Source of the DNA: Felis catus
Taxonomy: Eukaryota
Direction: 5' to 3'
DNA length: 64,000 bases
NCBI RefSeq assembly: GCF_018350175.1
Contig: NC_058368.1
Span: 227,108,001 to 227,172,000 of the forward strand
Shown here: positions 25,731 through 38,966 of the stretch, in pieces
Layout of the letters: each line of letters begins with the position of its first letter
Position numbering within the stretch: position 1 is the first letter of the stretch
The notes under the pieces: generated by a model
Told to the model about the DNA's origin: nothing
Databases searched by the model: none
Seen by the model: the letters and a program-made list of their open reading frames with translations, nothing else
Translations under genes and position numbers: made by a program

Positions 25731-26085
25731 GGGATGGTTAATCTTATGTGTCAATCTGACAAGGCTAGAGTACTCAGTTTTTCAATCAAATGCTAGTCTA
25801 GGTGAAAGTATTTTGGAGATGTGTCTAACACCTACAGTCAGTTAACTTTAAAGAAAGCCGACTGCCCTTGATAATGGTAGTGGCCCTCATCCAATCAACG
25901 GAAGGCCTGAAGCGCAAAACTGAGTTTTCTTGGTCGAGGAAGAAATTTCACCTGTAGATTGCAATGCCAGCTCCTGACCAAGCATTTCAGGACAGTGCTC
26001 CCTCGTGGCCTGTCCCAGGGATGTCAGATTCAGCAGCCCCCACAATCGCTGGTTTTGTTTCTCTGGTAGAATCCTGACTGGTAGA
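25731..26085 (+). mobile_element. ERV-L solo LTR (MLT2D-like)
   Basis: gatggttaatcttatgtgtcaa...cctcatccaatcaacggaaggcct...ggttttgtttctctgg.agaatcctgact. Confidence 0.8.
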
Positions 26086-27559
26086 CCAGTTGACTGGTCT
26101 AAGATGGTGTCAGTCTAAGTTCCTTTAGAAATGAAGGAGCTCATTGTGTCCTAAATGTTAGTCAGTTGCTAAATCCCAAAACATTGGTTTTATAAACTTT
26201 AGAGCCAAGAATAGCAGTACTATTTTTTGCTGCTATGTTCTCACATATCACACAGATGGGAGTTAGTAAGAATATTCTCTATTGTACAACTAATGAATCC
26301 CAATTTCTATAAAGTTGAAAAGATACCTGAAATGGGCAATTACACCAGTTGGGTTTCCATTGTTGTTAAATGGCTGCGGCCTTTCAGGCAGAAAGGAGCA
26401 CACGTGGAAGATGCTTTCTGGAATGCTACACAACGAAAGTCTTCTAAAATGAGAACGACGTGACGAACGCTAAAACAAAGCTGGAATTGGCATCAGCACA
26501 CAGCCCAAGTTGCAGCTGTTCTAATAATGCCCCCTTACCTGTCTTATTTCTGTAGTTTTCTGGAAGATTTGTTTTCATCCACATCTAAGAAAGAATCTGT
26601 GTTCCAAATTTTTCACACAAACTGTCACTGATGAGTCCTACCAGTTCTTTCTCCACCACGAGACTACGAATTTTCTTCTTGTTACATTCCTCTTTTGCCA
26701 AAATAGCCCCCTATGGCTGGGTGGTTTTATTTCGTCCCATCATAAGAGGGTTTAATATAAGCTTGTCCAAAAAAGAGACAGCAGTGACAGTTAAATTAGA
26801 ACTGGCTCCAATTAATGTATTTAAGGAACATCATATGCAAACAGACAACAGATGAGGAGAGAGGCTTTATGCATGAAAAGCACACCAAGCTGCAGCAATA
26901 ATCATATTTTTTTTTCAGAAGGGCTATGCCCCCAACGCATTATTTGTGAGGGGAAAATCACAACGATCAAAGGAGCATAAAGTGGGGTCATTTTTCCTGC
27001 CACCCGACATCCCCCTGGCTGCAACTGCAGCCTGGGAAACAGTGGCACGGGGGTAAAATAATCAGAAGATGAATTGGGTAACACCCTCTCACTTACCCAT
27101 CTACCGTAGGACTCTGGGTCCATGTAGGAGATACAGTCAAGATACCAGGTCCCTCTGGTTACTGCAGCCATGGAAGGATCACTTGCTTCTGCCTCCTAGA
27201 CTCTGCCAGAGACATGATCAAAATGTCGGCAGACTGTTTCCTGTTTTCCCCCTCTTTCTCTCTGTCATACCATGCGCTTCCTGTACCCCAATCCTGTTCT
27301 TAAGGAAGAATCTGACATCTGTCATCCGCCGGAGTTAGGGTGTCACCCTGGGCTCTCTGAGTTTTGACAAGTGTATACTTGCTTTAGCCATGGAACCTGT
27401 TCTTTATTGAAGGGATTTCTGGGATCAGTGGCAGGCTGGGGTGGGGGAAGCAGAGGAGCCATCAGAGCTTTAAGCGATATTATGAAGCTAGGAAAACAAC
27501 ATGGGATTTTAGGCTATGAAAGTGGCCTTAAGAGGCCAAGATACCAAAAAGAAACGTTC

Positions 27560-29315
27560 CTAATATAGAGTATCTATGAAAACTATACAGCAACCACCAT
27601 ACAAAAGAGAAATCCCAAGATAGAGAATAAACTAATATGTCACTATGATCACTTCTGTTGAAACTACTGGAGGTTTTAGCCAGTATAATTAAGCAAAACA
27701 AACAAACAAAAATAAAAACAAAAACAAAAACCAAAAAGCCAGGAGTGAATCTGACAAAGATTTATAAGATATCTACACTGTAAAATACAAACATTGAGAG
27801 AAATCTTTAGAACGATGCCATGTTCATGGGTTGAAAGACTCACTAGTTTAAAGGTGTCGACGATTCCCAAATAAATCGACATCCCAGCAGAGCTGTTGTG
27901 AAAATTAAAATATGATTTAAAATTCACGTGGAAATGCAAAGGTCCAAGAATAGCCAAAACAAGCTAGAAGAACAAACTTGATATCTTACATGAGTAGATA
28001 TCAACATACATCCTAAAGCTACAACAATTAAGAACAGTGAAGAAACCGTCACTTGATTTTTACAAAGGTGACGTTTCAGTCTGGTGAGGAAAGAATGGAC
28101 TTGCTACTAAATTGCCCCGGAGCAACTGGAAATCTGCAGGTAAAGAAAAACAAACCTTAAATCTCGATCTCACATCATATAGAACAATTAACTCCAGGTG
28201 AATTGTGGCCGCAAGAGTAGGTAGTAGAGAATAAAATAAAGATTCAGGGGGCAGGGGTGGAGAGATAGTATCTTCATGATCTTGGGGTAGGCAAAAAAAA
28301 AAAAAAAATTTAAGAAGACACAGCAATAACCATAAGTAAAATGATGGATAAATTTGACCACATTTAAAAGAATTCTAGTTCATCAAAAGACACCAGTAAG
28401 AAAGTGAAAAGACAAGCAACAGACTGGGATTTGCAATGCAAATACCCAATGAAAGACTCATATCCAAAACATATAAAAACTCTTATAAGTCAATGAAAAA
28501 AAAAAAAAAAAGACCATCCAATATAAAAATAGGCAATAGGCTTGAACAAACAGGTACTTTGCAAAAAGAACATCCACATAGCCATGAAATATATGAAAAG
28601 GCGCTCATCATTAATAATCAGGAAAACGAAAATTAAAACCACAATGAAATGTCATTATATACTCACTGGAACACCAACTGATGAGAATATTAAGCAATTG
28701 GATTCTCTATAGACTTCTGTTAGTAACATAGATTAGTACAATCAGTTGAAAATAGTTTGGCCATATCCACTAAAGCTGAATATATGTTTCCCCTATGACC
28801 ACCCATTCTATTGGGTATATCGCCAAAACAAAATGAGTACATATGTGTACCAAAATACATGTACAAGGATACTCACAGAAGCACTCTGCATAGTCACCAG
28901 AAACTGGAAACGACTCTAAAGTCCATCAACAGAAAATGGATAGTGGTTTGTTCCTATGATGGAATGCTTTGGGGCAATGAACATGAACACACTTGCTACA
29001 TGTAATAACATAAATGAATCTCATAGACAATTGTTGAATGAAAGAAACCAGACGCTGAAGAGTACCTACTTATTATTTCATTTATATAAAGTTCAAAAAC
29101 TTGCAAAATCAACAATCCATGATTGAAGTCAGGATATTGGCTACTTTGGGTGGGGAGGAAAGAATTTACTGGAAAGGGTCCTGAAGAGGGCTTCTGAGTT
29201 TCCAGTAACGTTCCCTATCTTGGCCTGGATGGCATTTATAACTTCTGTTCATCTTGCAGAAACAAACACATACCTTTCTCTGTTTTTGTTATGCTTTAAT
29301 AAAAAGTTTATTTTT
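27560..29315 (+). mobile_element. Old L1 (L1ME-like) ORF2 3' part and 3'UTR
   Basis: tactggaggttttagccag, atgttcatgggttgaaagact, ggaaatgcaaaggtccaagaatagccaaa; 3'UTR gaagtcaggatattggctactttggg...aataaaaagtt. Confidence 0.85.
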
Positions 29316-31017
29316 TAATGTGCCGAAAATGTACATTTACCATTGTATGAGAGCAACAGTAAATGGGGGGTGGCGGAGGGACAATTATTTCTTCAAAAAT
29401 TTAGAAGTGTAGGCCTCTGGGAGGGGTTGAACTTGCCTAAGATTTAATTTGGGAGCCCTAGAAGACCAGAGGATGATAAAGAAGTTCAAATGACTTCCAA
29501 AAACATTATACAATTTCTTTGCACATTGCAAATGGCCTTTTGTTTCTTTATGTCCCATTCCATTCTTTCCACTCCGTTCTCCAAATGCCCTCAAGAAATC
29601 TACATAGTACAATAAACAAATTGTGCTGTTTGTTCCTGGCCCGGTGACATCACATCAAGCCTTGAGCAAAAAAGAGTTAAACCCTTAAACCCCAATCCCC
29701 TTCTCACTATATCAGTGCCACCCGAAGCACCACAATAGCCCAGAAATGGAAAAAAGCATCTTGACCATCCTCTGAGGAACCCCACAAAGGCTCATTGTGG
29801 TATTACAAAGGGCAAGGCTTCGAGGGCAAAATCCCTCAACAGGAAGGATTTTTGCCTCGCCCTGGCTGTTCCAACATAGCTCATGTAGACTGCCCTGCAG
29901 AAATGAGTTCTTCCTCTGGATAAATAATGTTCAGAGGAGCAAGTAAAAAAGGAAGTAGGTAATAGTACAGTGGAGAAAATGCTACTGAATTTAAATTCTG
30001 GTTCTGTTTCTAACCAGTTATTTCATTTAGTGCTGGCCAGAGCACAGAACCTATCAGCACATAATGTCTTTGCAAAATAAAGACATGACGGCATGGCCAT
30101 TAATCCCCTTCCCAGTGAGAACGTTCTTTGATACTCTGACAAATCCTTTAAAGTAATTAAAGGGGGCAGGGAAGACCCTATATATACCACGGGCACTGAA
30201 GAAGAACTATGTCCTGGTGCCCTCCGGTGGATGGTGTGTGCCAAAGCTGTGTTACACATACTGGACTATTAACTGGACATGTTGTACAGGAGCCATTCTT
30301 CATACATTCGCCTCCAGGGAACTTGTATTTTGAGAACCTAAGACTGTATTCCCTCTGCTAGAGCCCCAGCCAGGTGACTGTGCTGTTTAAGCCCATAGCT
30401 TTTGGTTCTTTCCCACCCCCCCCCCCCAACGTATCAGTGAATATAATAGTGCACAGTAGCAAACAGAATTCTTAAATGAAGCCAAAAGCCAGCAAGATTC
30501 CTTTAATTCAACTGGTCAGATGGTCATTAACAAGAAGGGAATGTTTACTTCTATTTTCCTAAGTGTTTGGCCAGGATGTGATTTCTAATCAGAGTCAGTA
30601 AAAATTGTTCTGGGCATCATTTAAAACCTGCACCTAATTAACATGTTCCAGAAACTGAAATCTCCCCATTTACTTCTCACTGTACAGATGCATTAGGTAA
30701 CTTCCAACCTTAATTGTTCTCAGCATGGTGGGGCCAACGTGGTCGTAAGTTCCCAGTTACTCAGGACCAGTTATGGAATGCCTACTCTCCCATGCTCAGG
30801 TTCATAAACCAGCACTATCAACATCTTTGAACTTCTCGAAATAGCCAAAGGGCACCCTGCCTAGTTATTGAGAACTTCCTGTGTGCCAAACACTGTTCTA
30901 AACACAGGAAATAAATGATTACCCAAAAGAGACACGACTGTTATGGAAATAACACTCTAGGACAATCTTTAAAAGTATAATATAATCAAAAGTGTTCTAT
31001 GCAATTTAGCTACGTAA

Positions 31018-31238
31018 GGGGCACCTGGGTGGCTCAGTCGGTTAAGCGTTGACTCCTGGTTTCGGTTCAGGTCACGATCTCATGGCTTCATAAGTTTGAG
31101 CCCCGAATCAGGCTCTGAGCTGACCGTGCAGAGCCTGCTTGGGATTCTCTGTCTCCCCCTCTTTTGGCCCCTCCCCCACTCACGCGGTCTCTGTCTCTCT
31201 CAAAATAAGTAAATAAACTTTAAAAAAAAAAGAAAAGA
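31018..31238 (+). mobile_element. CanSINE
   Basis: Full head, body and tail. Confidence 0.94.
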
Positions 31239-31298
31239 AACTTACGTGAAAGTAAGCATTTTAAAAGAAATGCTTTCTTTTAAAAAAAAGATCTCATT

Positions 31299-31513
31299 GG
31301 GGTGCCTGGGGGGGCTGAGTCCATTAAGGATCTGATTCATGGTTGCAGCTCAGGTCATGATCTCACAGTTGTGAATTCAAGCCCCACGCGGGACTCTGTG
31401 CTGACAGCGAGGCGTCTGCTTGGGATTCTTTCTCTCTCTTCTCTCCCTGCCCCTCCCCCACTTGCACTCACTCTCTCTCTCAAAATAAATAAATAAACTA
31501 AAAAGTAAGGTTT
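31299..31513 (+). mobile_element. CanSINE
   Basis: Diverged head, CT region, tail; TSD ...atctcatt. Confidence 0.92.
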
Positions 31514-31941
31514 AAAATATCTCATTAATTTCGTATACAAAGGGATAGCAGCCGGTCATTCCAAAGCTCTAAATTACTATTATCATTTAAGGTTGGTTCG
31601 GTATGTTAATGGTGACTGCTACATAATAATTTGAAGGATGCCAATGAGAAAGCTCAATATCCAGCAGGAAAGCAATCCTATGTAAAGCATAAGCACTCTC
31701 AGTTTGGCTGTTAAACAAGTAACGATGATTGAGATTTAGAGATTCCAATATTTTCTTGAGGAAGACAAGAAGAAATGTCAATGAAAGCCCAAGGCTGTAT
31801 CATCTCGCTGGGTGGGTAAGCCATGGAAGATGGGGCTACCAGTAAGAAATGTGTGACATTTAGGAAATCTAAGACATTTAGAAAAACTGAGTTCAGAAGA
31901 TAGTGTGATTGATGGAGGAAGAAGATCCATTTTCTTGGATC

Positions 31942-32087
31942 TTTGATTTGGGTTGAGCTTGTAGGAAAAGAGTGATTTCGTTCTTAGAAGTTTTGGTTTA
32001 CAGATTCTAGAGGGTTTGATTTGGGTTGAGCTTGTAGGAAAAGAGTGATTTCGTTCTTAGAAGTTTTGGTTTACAGATTCTAGAGGG
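31942..32087. repeat. Perfect tandem duplication, 2 x 73 bp
   Basis: tttgatttgggttgagcttg...cagattctagaggg at 31942-32014 and 32015-32087. Confidence 0.95.
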
Positions 32088-35000
32088 GTCCAGAGAGAGT
32101 GTCAGCTTGCTCACAGACTCATGAATAGTCTACTAAACTAGCTGAAAAAGCAGAATAAGTCTGGGTGGAGAGGCCCAGTGAGGGATACAGGGACAGAGTG
32201 TGAGACAATCAGGGACTGAACCTTCAATGTGGAGTGATGACTCATTCCCTTGTGTGGGCAATAAACCCTCTCAAGGGAATTCTAAAAATGTTCTATTATT
32301 TGAACAAATACAATGCCCACTTTGAGGATGGATGCATTTATTGTTATGATTGTTTAAAACCAATCCTGTGACTCAAGTCATATATTTCTCTAACCATAAA
32401 CAACGAAAGAAAAAACAACTCTAATGACAGCTGTACTTTTATAAAGACATAACATTGTGTACAAGTCGGACGGAAAGCCTTGCTTTGGGGATGTAAGACC
32501 ACTTTCAAGACTGTGTACCTTCAAGTCAGCCATCATTTAAGCAGAAGGGGGGTTTTGATAAACAATCCCGTGTAAATAACAGATATGCTTCCTATGACAT
32601 CAGGTGAAAGCTAACAGTGGCGGCAGCTTGAACCATCAAAGATACCTGAGAAATGTTCCTCAAGAAACTCCTCCTTGCTTCCATGACCCTGACATATCTA
32701 TTTCTTCATTTGAAGCATTACTATAGTAAAAAAAGGCAGGATTGGTGAAAATGAGAATTTTGAACAACATCTCATATTATAGAACTCGAGATGCAGCTTC
32801 GTATGACTGGTTACGGGGTCTAATTAATGCACATGTTTTTAAAGCTGTAACGTTTCTCTTCAGTCACATCGTTCATCAGTTAGTTGAGTGGGGTGTCTTG
32901 TCACTTCTGTGACAAATGGAGGAGCCACACAATTCCTTCTCATACCAATATTTCAAGTACCAAGCCCTTCAGACAATAGAGTCCCCATCTTGCAATGTGA
33001 ACGTGGTGTCTGTGCCCGTTGGTGAGCACTCATTTGAGCTCTAAATGAAGGAAAAAGAAAAAAGAAACACATCTAAAGTCAAACTTCATTATGTTTAGTC
33101 AATTTGAGGAGTCTATTAAATAATATGATCTTGTCATTCTCCCCAACCGACGCTTCTGCGTGACGATTTGATAAATGTCACATCAGTGAGTAAGGTAAAG
33201 ACACTGAACTATATTTAACGTGACAGATGTAAGTAGCTGTCAGGTTGGGGATGTGAAGTCAGGTAATCCCTTCAGCTCCTGCTTCTATGAATATCTAGAG
33301 CTCATGCGGCTCTCCGGAGACCCTGAAATTAGGAGGCGTGAGTTTCGTGAATATGGGGGTTTTGATTTGTACCGTCAAAGAGAATTCAGGTTTTTATCTT
33401 AAGTACGGTTTACTTTTGTTTTGGTTTGGTGCCTCGTGGAATCAAAACATAGAATAAAAATATACCAAGTCACCCTTTTCCTCAAATCCTGCTTGTTAAG
33501 GAGGAAAAGGGTAACGAATTCAGAAGGCTATTTTTGCACGAAGCTGAGGTCTCCGCTTCTAACCTGCTGAGACGTCACATATGCTGAGAAGGGAAAAGAT
33601 AAGCCAAAAATAATGCCTAAGATAAAAAGTATGTTTGGTTTGGTAGGTTTGTTTCTTAGAGAAAATGAAGAAAACTCACTCCATGGCTTTGGTCCTGTAA
33701 GCGCAGGGATAGGTTGGTCAGCTAGATGAGATCTCTACCTGTCCACAGACGTTCTGGAAAAAGCGGGCTCCTGCTTCAGGATATTACACGGGTATTTCAC
33801 TTCCTTGTGCCTTCCTGCCGCGGTGCGCTCTGTGAGGAATTAATTTTCTGCCGGCACGAAATATAAAGTTCAAGAGATGACTGCAGCCAACGAAAGAAAT
33901 ATCTCCCACTTTTATCTTTTTACGTTCCAAAGCGCGGTAGAAGGCCAGACTCCATCACAGATCTCTGCCTTCTCTAACTATATTAAAAACAAAAATAAAA
34001 GGCAAGACACGTGCCCTGAAATTGAACTTTCAGAAAATGTTTTCACAAAAGCATGTAATACGGCTGCTATTCCCAACAGACAGGGAAAGTTGATGACATC
34101 ACTGACTCAAGTTAGGAGCATTTAGAAATCATCTCTTTTGACTAAGTTGGTCAACCCGAAGCTTATTCTTTTTCTTTCTCTATAACATAATGTTTTCGAG
34201 GACAGTGTTATAAGACTTTTCAAAAGGAATTATCCCAGGGTATGGGGTTCTTGGTAAGTATTTTGCGATTAAATGGCAAAAGGTTCTATAAAAGAGAGAG
34301 GGAAAACTGTTAATTGTTCTTGCTGGAAAACACTGAGCGCTCTTTTCCTATGAACGTCTCGGAGTCATTACCCTTAATTCCATTTAGATAACAATTAGTC
34401 ATGGTTCATGGCTAAATGATCAGTAGATATTTTTCTAGACAGTTTTTGTGCTTTGTCAGGAACCTAATGAATTGTCCTTGCTACATCGAGTGTTCATTCA
34501 AATGTAAGAAAAGGGACAGAAGTCAGTAAAAGAGACAGAGCCCAGGCTTCACCTAGTATTTTAAACAGACTCCGGTCATCCAGAGAAACAAGTCACAGAA
34601 CAGCTTAGGTAGGTTGTCCAGACCAGGAATTTACCAAAAGATTATCTCAATTGATATTGGAAGCTTTGGGTTCTCAAAATATTTCCTTCAGGGGACTGAA
34701 TAATAGAAACAGTTCTTCATACTGGCATGGCTTTAATTATAAACACTATAAACAGCTGCCACTGTGAATTTGTAGATGAAGACATAAAATAAATAAGAAT
34801 TTAATGTCTTATTCCAGCAAGCTTTCATCGGAAAGAACACTTTCCATTACATCAAAACATACAGAACGTCTGGCTAATTATTTTTTTTTTTCCATCAGAT
34901 GAGAATTGTTGCCTTTATCAAGGAACAGAAAAGAATGTTCTTGAACTAGTTATTTGTCCTTTGGACGCTGGGCAACAGTATACTAGTCTGGATTAACTAC

Positions 35001-35614
35001 AGGCTAGTCCAAGAATAGAAGCTCAAACAAGTCAACAAATTGCCCAGGAAAGAGATGCCGGGTCTCGGTGGTGCCATTTCTCTCTTGCCAAGACCTTGAG
35101 GCTCATTTTATTCTGCAAAAGTCATTATAAGGTTTAACCAATCTCCTCTTGGAATATTTCAGCTGTGGCTTTCCCCTGCTAATCTAAAAAAGGGTAGAAA
35201 TGGTCTTCTATCTCTGTGTCTTCAGTTGGGATTATAGACTCAGTCTAATTGAAAACAGAATGGATTCGTGGTTTAAAATATATTGCTACAGTACTTTGTC
35301 TATCCATAGATGAAAATAAGGCTTAAATCCCCTGGCTTCACTTCACTCTCCTACTCTCATTCCTCAAAGAAAGAATAAGTTTGCTAGTGAGGCAGAGCCG
35401 ATGAGCACGTTTCTCTCTCCAGCCTCTGCCGCACCAAACCACAGTATAAGGATACGTTGGCGTCGTATTGTGCTGCCTTTTTTGTTGTTGTTCAGGACAA
35501 TGTATCCACTGGTGCATAGCGATGGTTATGGTAGTGGTAATGGTAATAGTCATAGGAGTAGTATTGAACATCAGTTGGAAAGATCAATTAGAAATGTCAA
35601 TTGACATCTGCTTC

Positions 35615-35815
35615 CTAAAGGTCAGGCTAAGCACCTTCAGTACATTATCTAATCGAAACCTCACAACCCTATAAAGCAGGTATTATTATTATACCTATTT
35701 TTTCCAAAGAGGAAACTGAGATAGGAGAAGCTAATCAACTTGTTGGAGGTCACACAGCTGGTAAGTGAAGGGACACTAAGATTGGAATCCAAGTAGACTA
35801 CTTTCAGAGCATCCC
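35615..35815 (-). mobile_element. MIR
   Basis: cctcacaaccctata...gaggaaactgag...aggtcacacagctggtaagtg MIR core. Confidence 0.85.
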
Positions 35816-36409
35816 ATTTGTAACAGTTTGGATGTACTGCTTTGAGCAAATTAATACACGAAGAGACAAAGAAACATACAAGATGCCATTCCTGAGGGCT
35901 CCCTTGTTATTATTATCAATGTTCTTTGAACTTCCAGGATGCCAACATTAACAAAATATTGCTAATGCTAACACCTGGAAACACATTAGAGTATCACATA
36001 CACTTTGGGAAGCGAAGAAATAATTTCCCAAAAGGCCTACCTTAAAATTGGTACGCAAAATTTGTGTAATGAATATGTTTGCATTAGGATAGGCACTCCA
36101 GTTGGAAAAAAGAAGGACTACGCTCCATTCACATACGTCTCCAGAAAAGCTACATAGGAACCTCACGATAAATCAGCGAGGGTGGCAACGGAACGGGACT
36201 ATACTATCAGTTTCTTCACACTGGTCATGACCTGCCTGGATGACAACATGTGCAAAATGGCAGATGCTCTGCCGTTTCCATCAACAGAGTCTACTCTGAA
36301 GAGTTTGCCTGGAAGTTACATAGTATCAAATGGCTCAATCTTTCTAAACTGTCTTATTATAATTGTCTTGGGGATTGATTCCCCAGCAGCCATCCTGCCC
36401 CAAATGGTT

Positions 36410-36995
36410 AGCCATGGTGATCCCATTCCTCTTGCTGATAACTGGCTTAGAGGTGGCATCCAAACCCATCCTGACGAAAAAAAAAACCTTTCAGGAAAGT
36501 TTTCCTTTCTTCCTTTGGATGATGCCCTGTAGGCTTTAATACCTGGAATTGCAGCCATGACGTCTATCCATGAGGTGAGGGTAAAAGGAAATAAAATTGC
36601 CAGAAAGCAAAGCTAAAACCCTGAGATAACAAAGTAGGAACTGCCTACCTATGCCCTCACCTTAAGTGAGTTGAAAAAGTTCCTTACGTTTCCTTCTATT
36701 TAAATCAATCTGAGTTGGAGATAGCTGTTTCTTAAAACCTAAGATGTCCTGGGGCGCCTCAGTCTGCTAAGCGTCCAAGTCTTGATTTCAGCTCAGGTCA
36801 TGATCTCAGGGTTGGTGAGATTGAGCCCTGCCTTGGGCTCAGCGCCAACAGTGTGGAGCCTGGAGCCTGCTTGGGATTCTCTTTCCCTTTCTCTCTGCAC
36901 CCCCATGTCGCCCCCACCCAGGCTCATTGGCACTCTCTCTCTCTCAAAATAAATTAAAAAACAAAAAACAAACCTTAAGATGTCCTAACAGTTTC
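36410..36995 (+). mobile_element. Old MaLR LTR (MLT1J/K-like), interrupted by a SINE
   Basis: cccattcctcttgc...tggcttagaggtggcat...tacctggaattgcagccat...tttaaatcaatctgagttgg. Confidence 0.55.
36751..36970 (+). mobile_element. CanSINE (A-box deleted)
   Basis: ggggcgcctcagtc...; TSD taagatgtcct (36740-36750, 36976-36986). Confidence 0.92.
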
Positions 36996-37319
36996 ACTTA
37001 GCATTTAAAATCTCAGGAATTCTTACATTATCACAGGAGGCATTCAGCATTGTGCCTATCTCTGTAGAAATTAGAACCTGCCAACGACTCATACACCAGC
37101 CAAAGTCTCTTTCATAATAGCCATTTGGAGAAGTGTTTATGAGGAATGCCTGGGATGAATGAGGGAAAAAAGATCCCTTTTCTCCCTGTCTTTTGCACAT
37201 CTAAGTGCAGAAGAGAGAATCAAAGAAAGCTAAAAGAATTTTTTCTAAAGGTCATGATACAAGTGTGATTAAGACAGAAACTTCTTGAATGCTCTTTCGA
37301 CAATGCTTACAGAAAGCAT

Positions 37320-37660
37320 TTTCAAAGTACTTGCATATACATCATGTTTGATGTGCACCACCCCCTGGGACTTGGGTAGGACCTGCGTTAACTTCCTTGA
37401 ACAAATGAGGAAATCATGATTCAGAGAGATCATGTGACTGGCCCTTATCAAAGACACATCTGTGACTAAGACACAGGTCCCCTGACTTGTAGCTCAGTAT
37501 TTTTTCTGTTGTCTACAATATCTGTGGGTTGGGGGTCAATACAGCAGAGTGGAAAGGGTATAAGCTTTAAACTGCAGCTCCGCTCTTAATTTCTACTAAC
37601 TGATGTTTTACTTTAGGCAAACTGCTCATGCCTGGTACATAATAGATGCTCACAGATGAC
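37320..37660. mobile_element. Two degenerate MIR fragments (minus, then plus)
   Basis: aaatgaggaaatcatgattcagagag (reverse core); ttaggcaaactgct...tgcctggtacataatagatgctca. Confidence 0.5.
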
Positions 37661-38771
37661 TCACATTACTTGCATTATTCCAATAGCCATCCTCATTCTG
37701 TATGTATTCATCGTAAGGATACGCAAACTCACAATCAAATGTGGGAGAGTGACTATTAATCGTAAGGTCCTGCTGAAGTAAGACAAGTGCCTTTTACCAT
37801 GTTTAGTTAAAGTGTTTCTGATTTCCAACCGTCTTACCTTTAGCCCTTGGAATCATAAATGACAGTTACATGATTAAGTATATTCATATAATAGCTTTTT
37901 ATTATTGTGGCAATTGCCTTGCTGTGAAATTTACTTATCACCAAAATGCCAGGGAGTAAAACTACTCCTAAAGAGAAAAGTTATCTTGCTCAGTTGTTGT
38001 TAATCCCCGGAAACGAGTCCAGTTAGAGCCCAATCCTAGTCTTTTCCGCATAGTGTGGGCCCTGGTAAAGCTGAGGTGTGCCTTGTTTTGGTATGAAGGC
38101 AGGTGGGTGGGGTGGGGCACAAGAATGTCCCCAAAGATCTTGGCTGAAGCTAAGTCTCCGTCACCTTGGTCTTTGAATGGACCCAAACCCTTCAGGCAGC
38201 TCGGTCTTTGCCACGTTCAGTATCAAACTGATTTGATTTGACTTCAGTCTAGCATCCCAGCACCAGAAAAAGCCCATTGTTAAAAGGATACTGGAAAACT
38301 GGAAAGAGTGACCACCATCATAATGGACTTTTGCCTCATTTTCCTCTCCCTTGAAAATCTAGCTTATAGCTTTGAGAATAAAATTTTCTCTTGTTACTGA
38401 TTTTTCTCATGATAAATCAGTGATGACAATGAGAATAACAACTCAATGGTTTCGTTCGCCATCTCAGTTTGCCGGAAGCAGTACTGGTTTATGCCTGTTG
38501 CCCTGGCAGAATTAAAAGCGCATCCCTCTTTCGAAAGGGTCCTGGTTGGACAAGAAATTATGTGATTCCCCCAAGATTTAGCTGCTTAGGAAACTACTAG
38601 CTGTTTGTTGCTCTAAATATGTAGCGGGAGAGCTATACTCAAATTGTTAGATGTTGTAACTTAGAAAGTAACACAGTCTTCTAAGGAAAACACAAAACTT
38701 ACTAAATCAGTAGCCCTAAATTTGGAAGTGGTTCTTAATCAACGAGGTCTTATCAAAAAACAGACCCAGTC

Positions 38772-38966
38772 GGGTCACCTGGGAGGCTCAGTCGGTCAAG
38801 CGCCCGACTCCTGGTTTCGGCTCAGGAGTGATCTCACAGTTCGTGAGTTCAAGCCCCACATTGGGCTCTGCACTGAACGCTCCGAGTCTGCTTGGGATTC
38901 TCTGTCTCCCTCTCCCCTGCTCACTCTCTCTCTTTCTGTCAAAATAAAAATTAAAAAAAAAAAAAA
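38772..38966 (+). mobile_element. CanSINE
   Basis: Full element; TSD caga(c/t)ccagtc. Confidence 0.93.
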
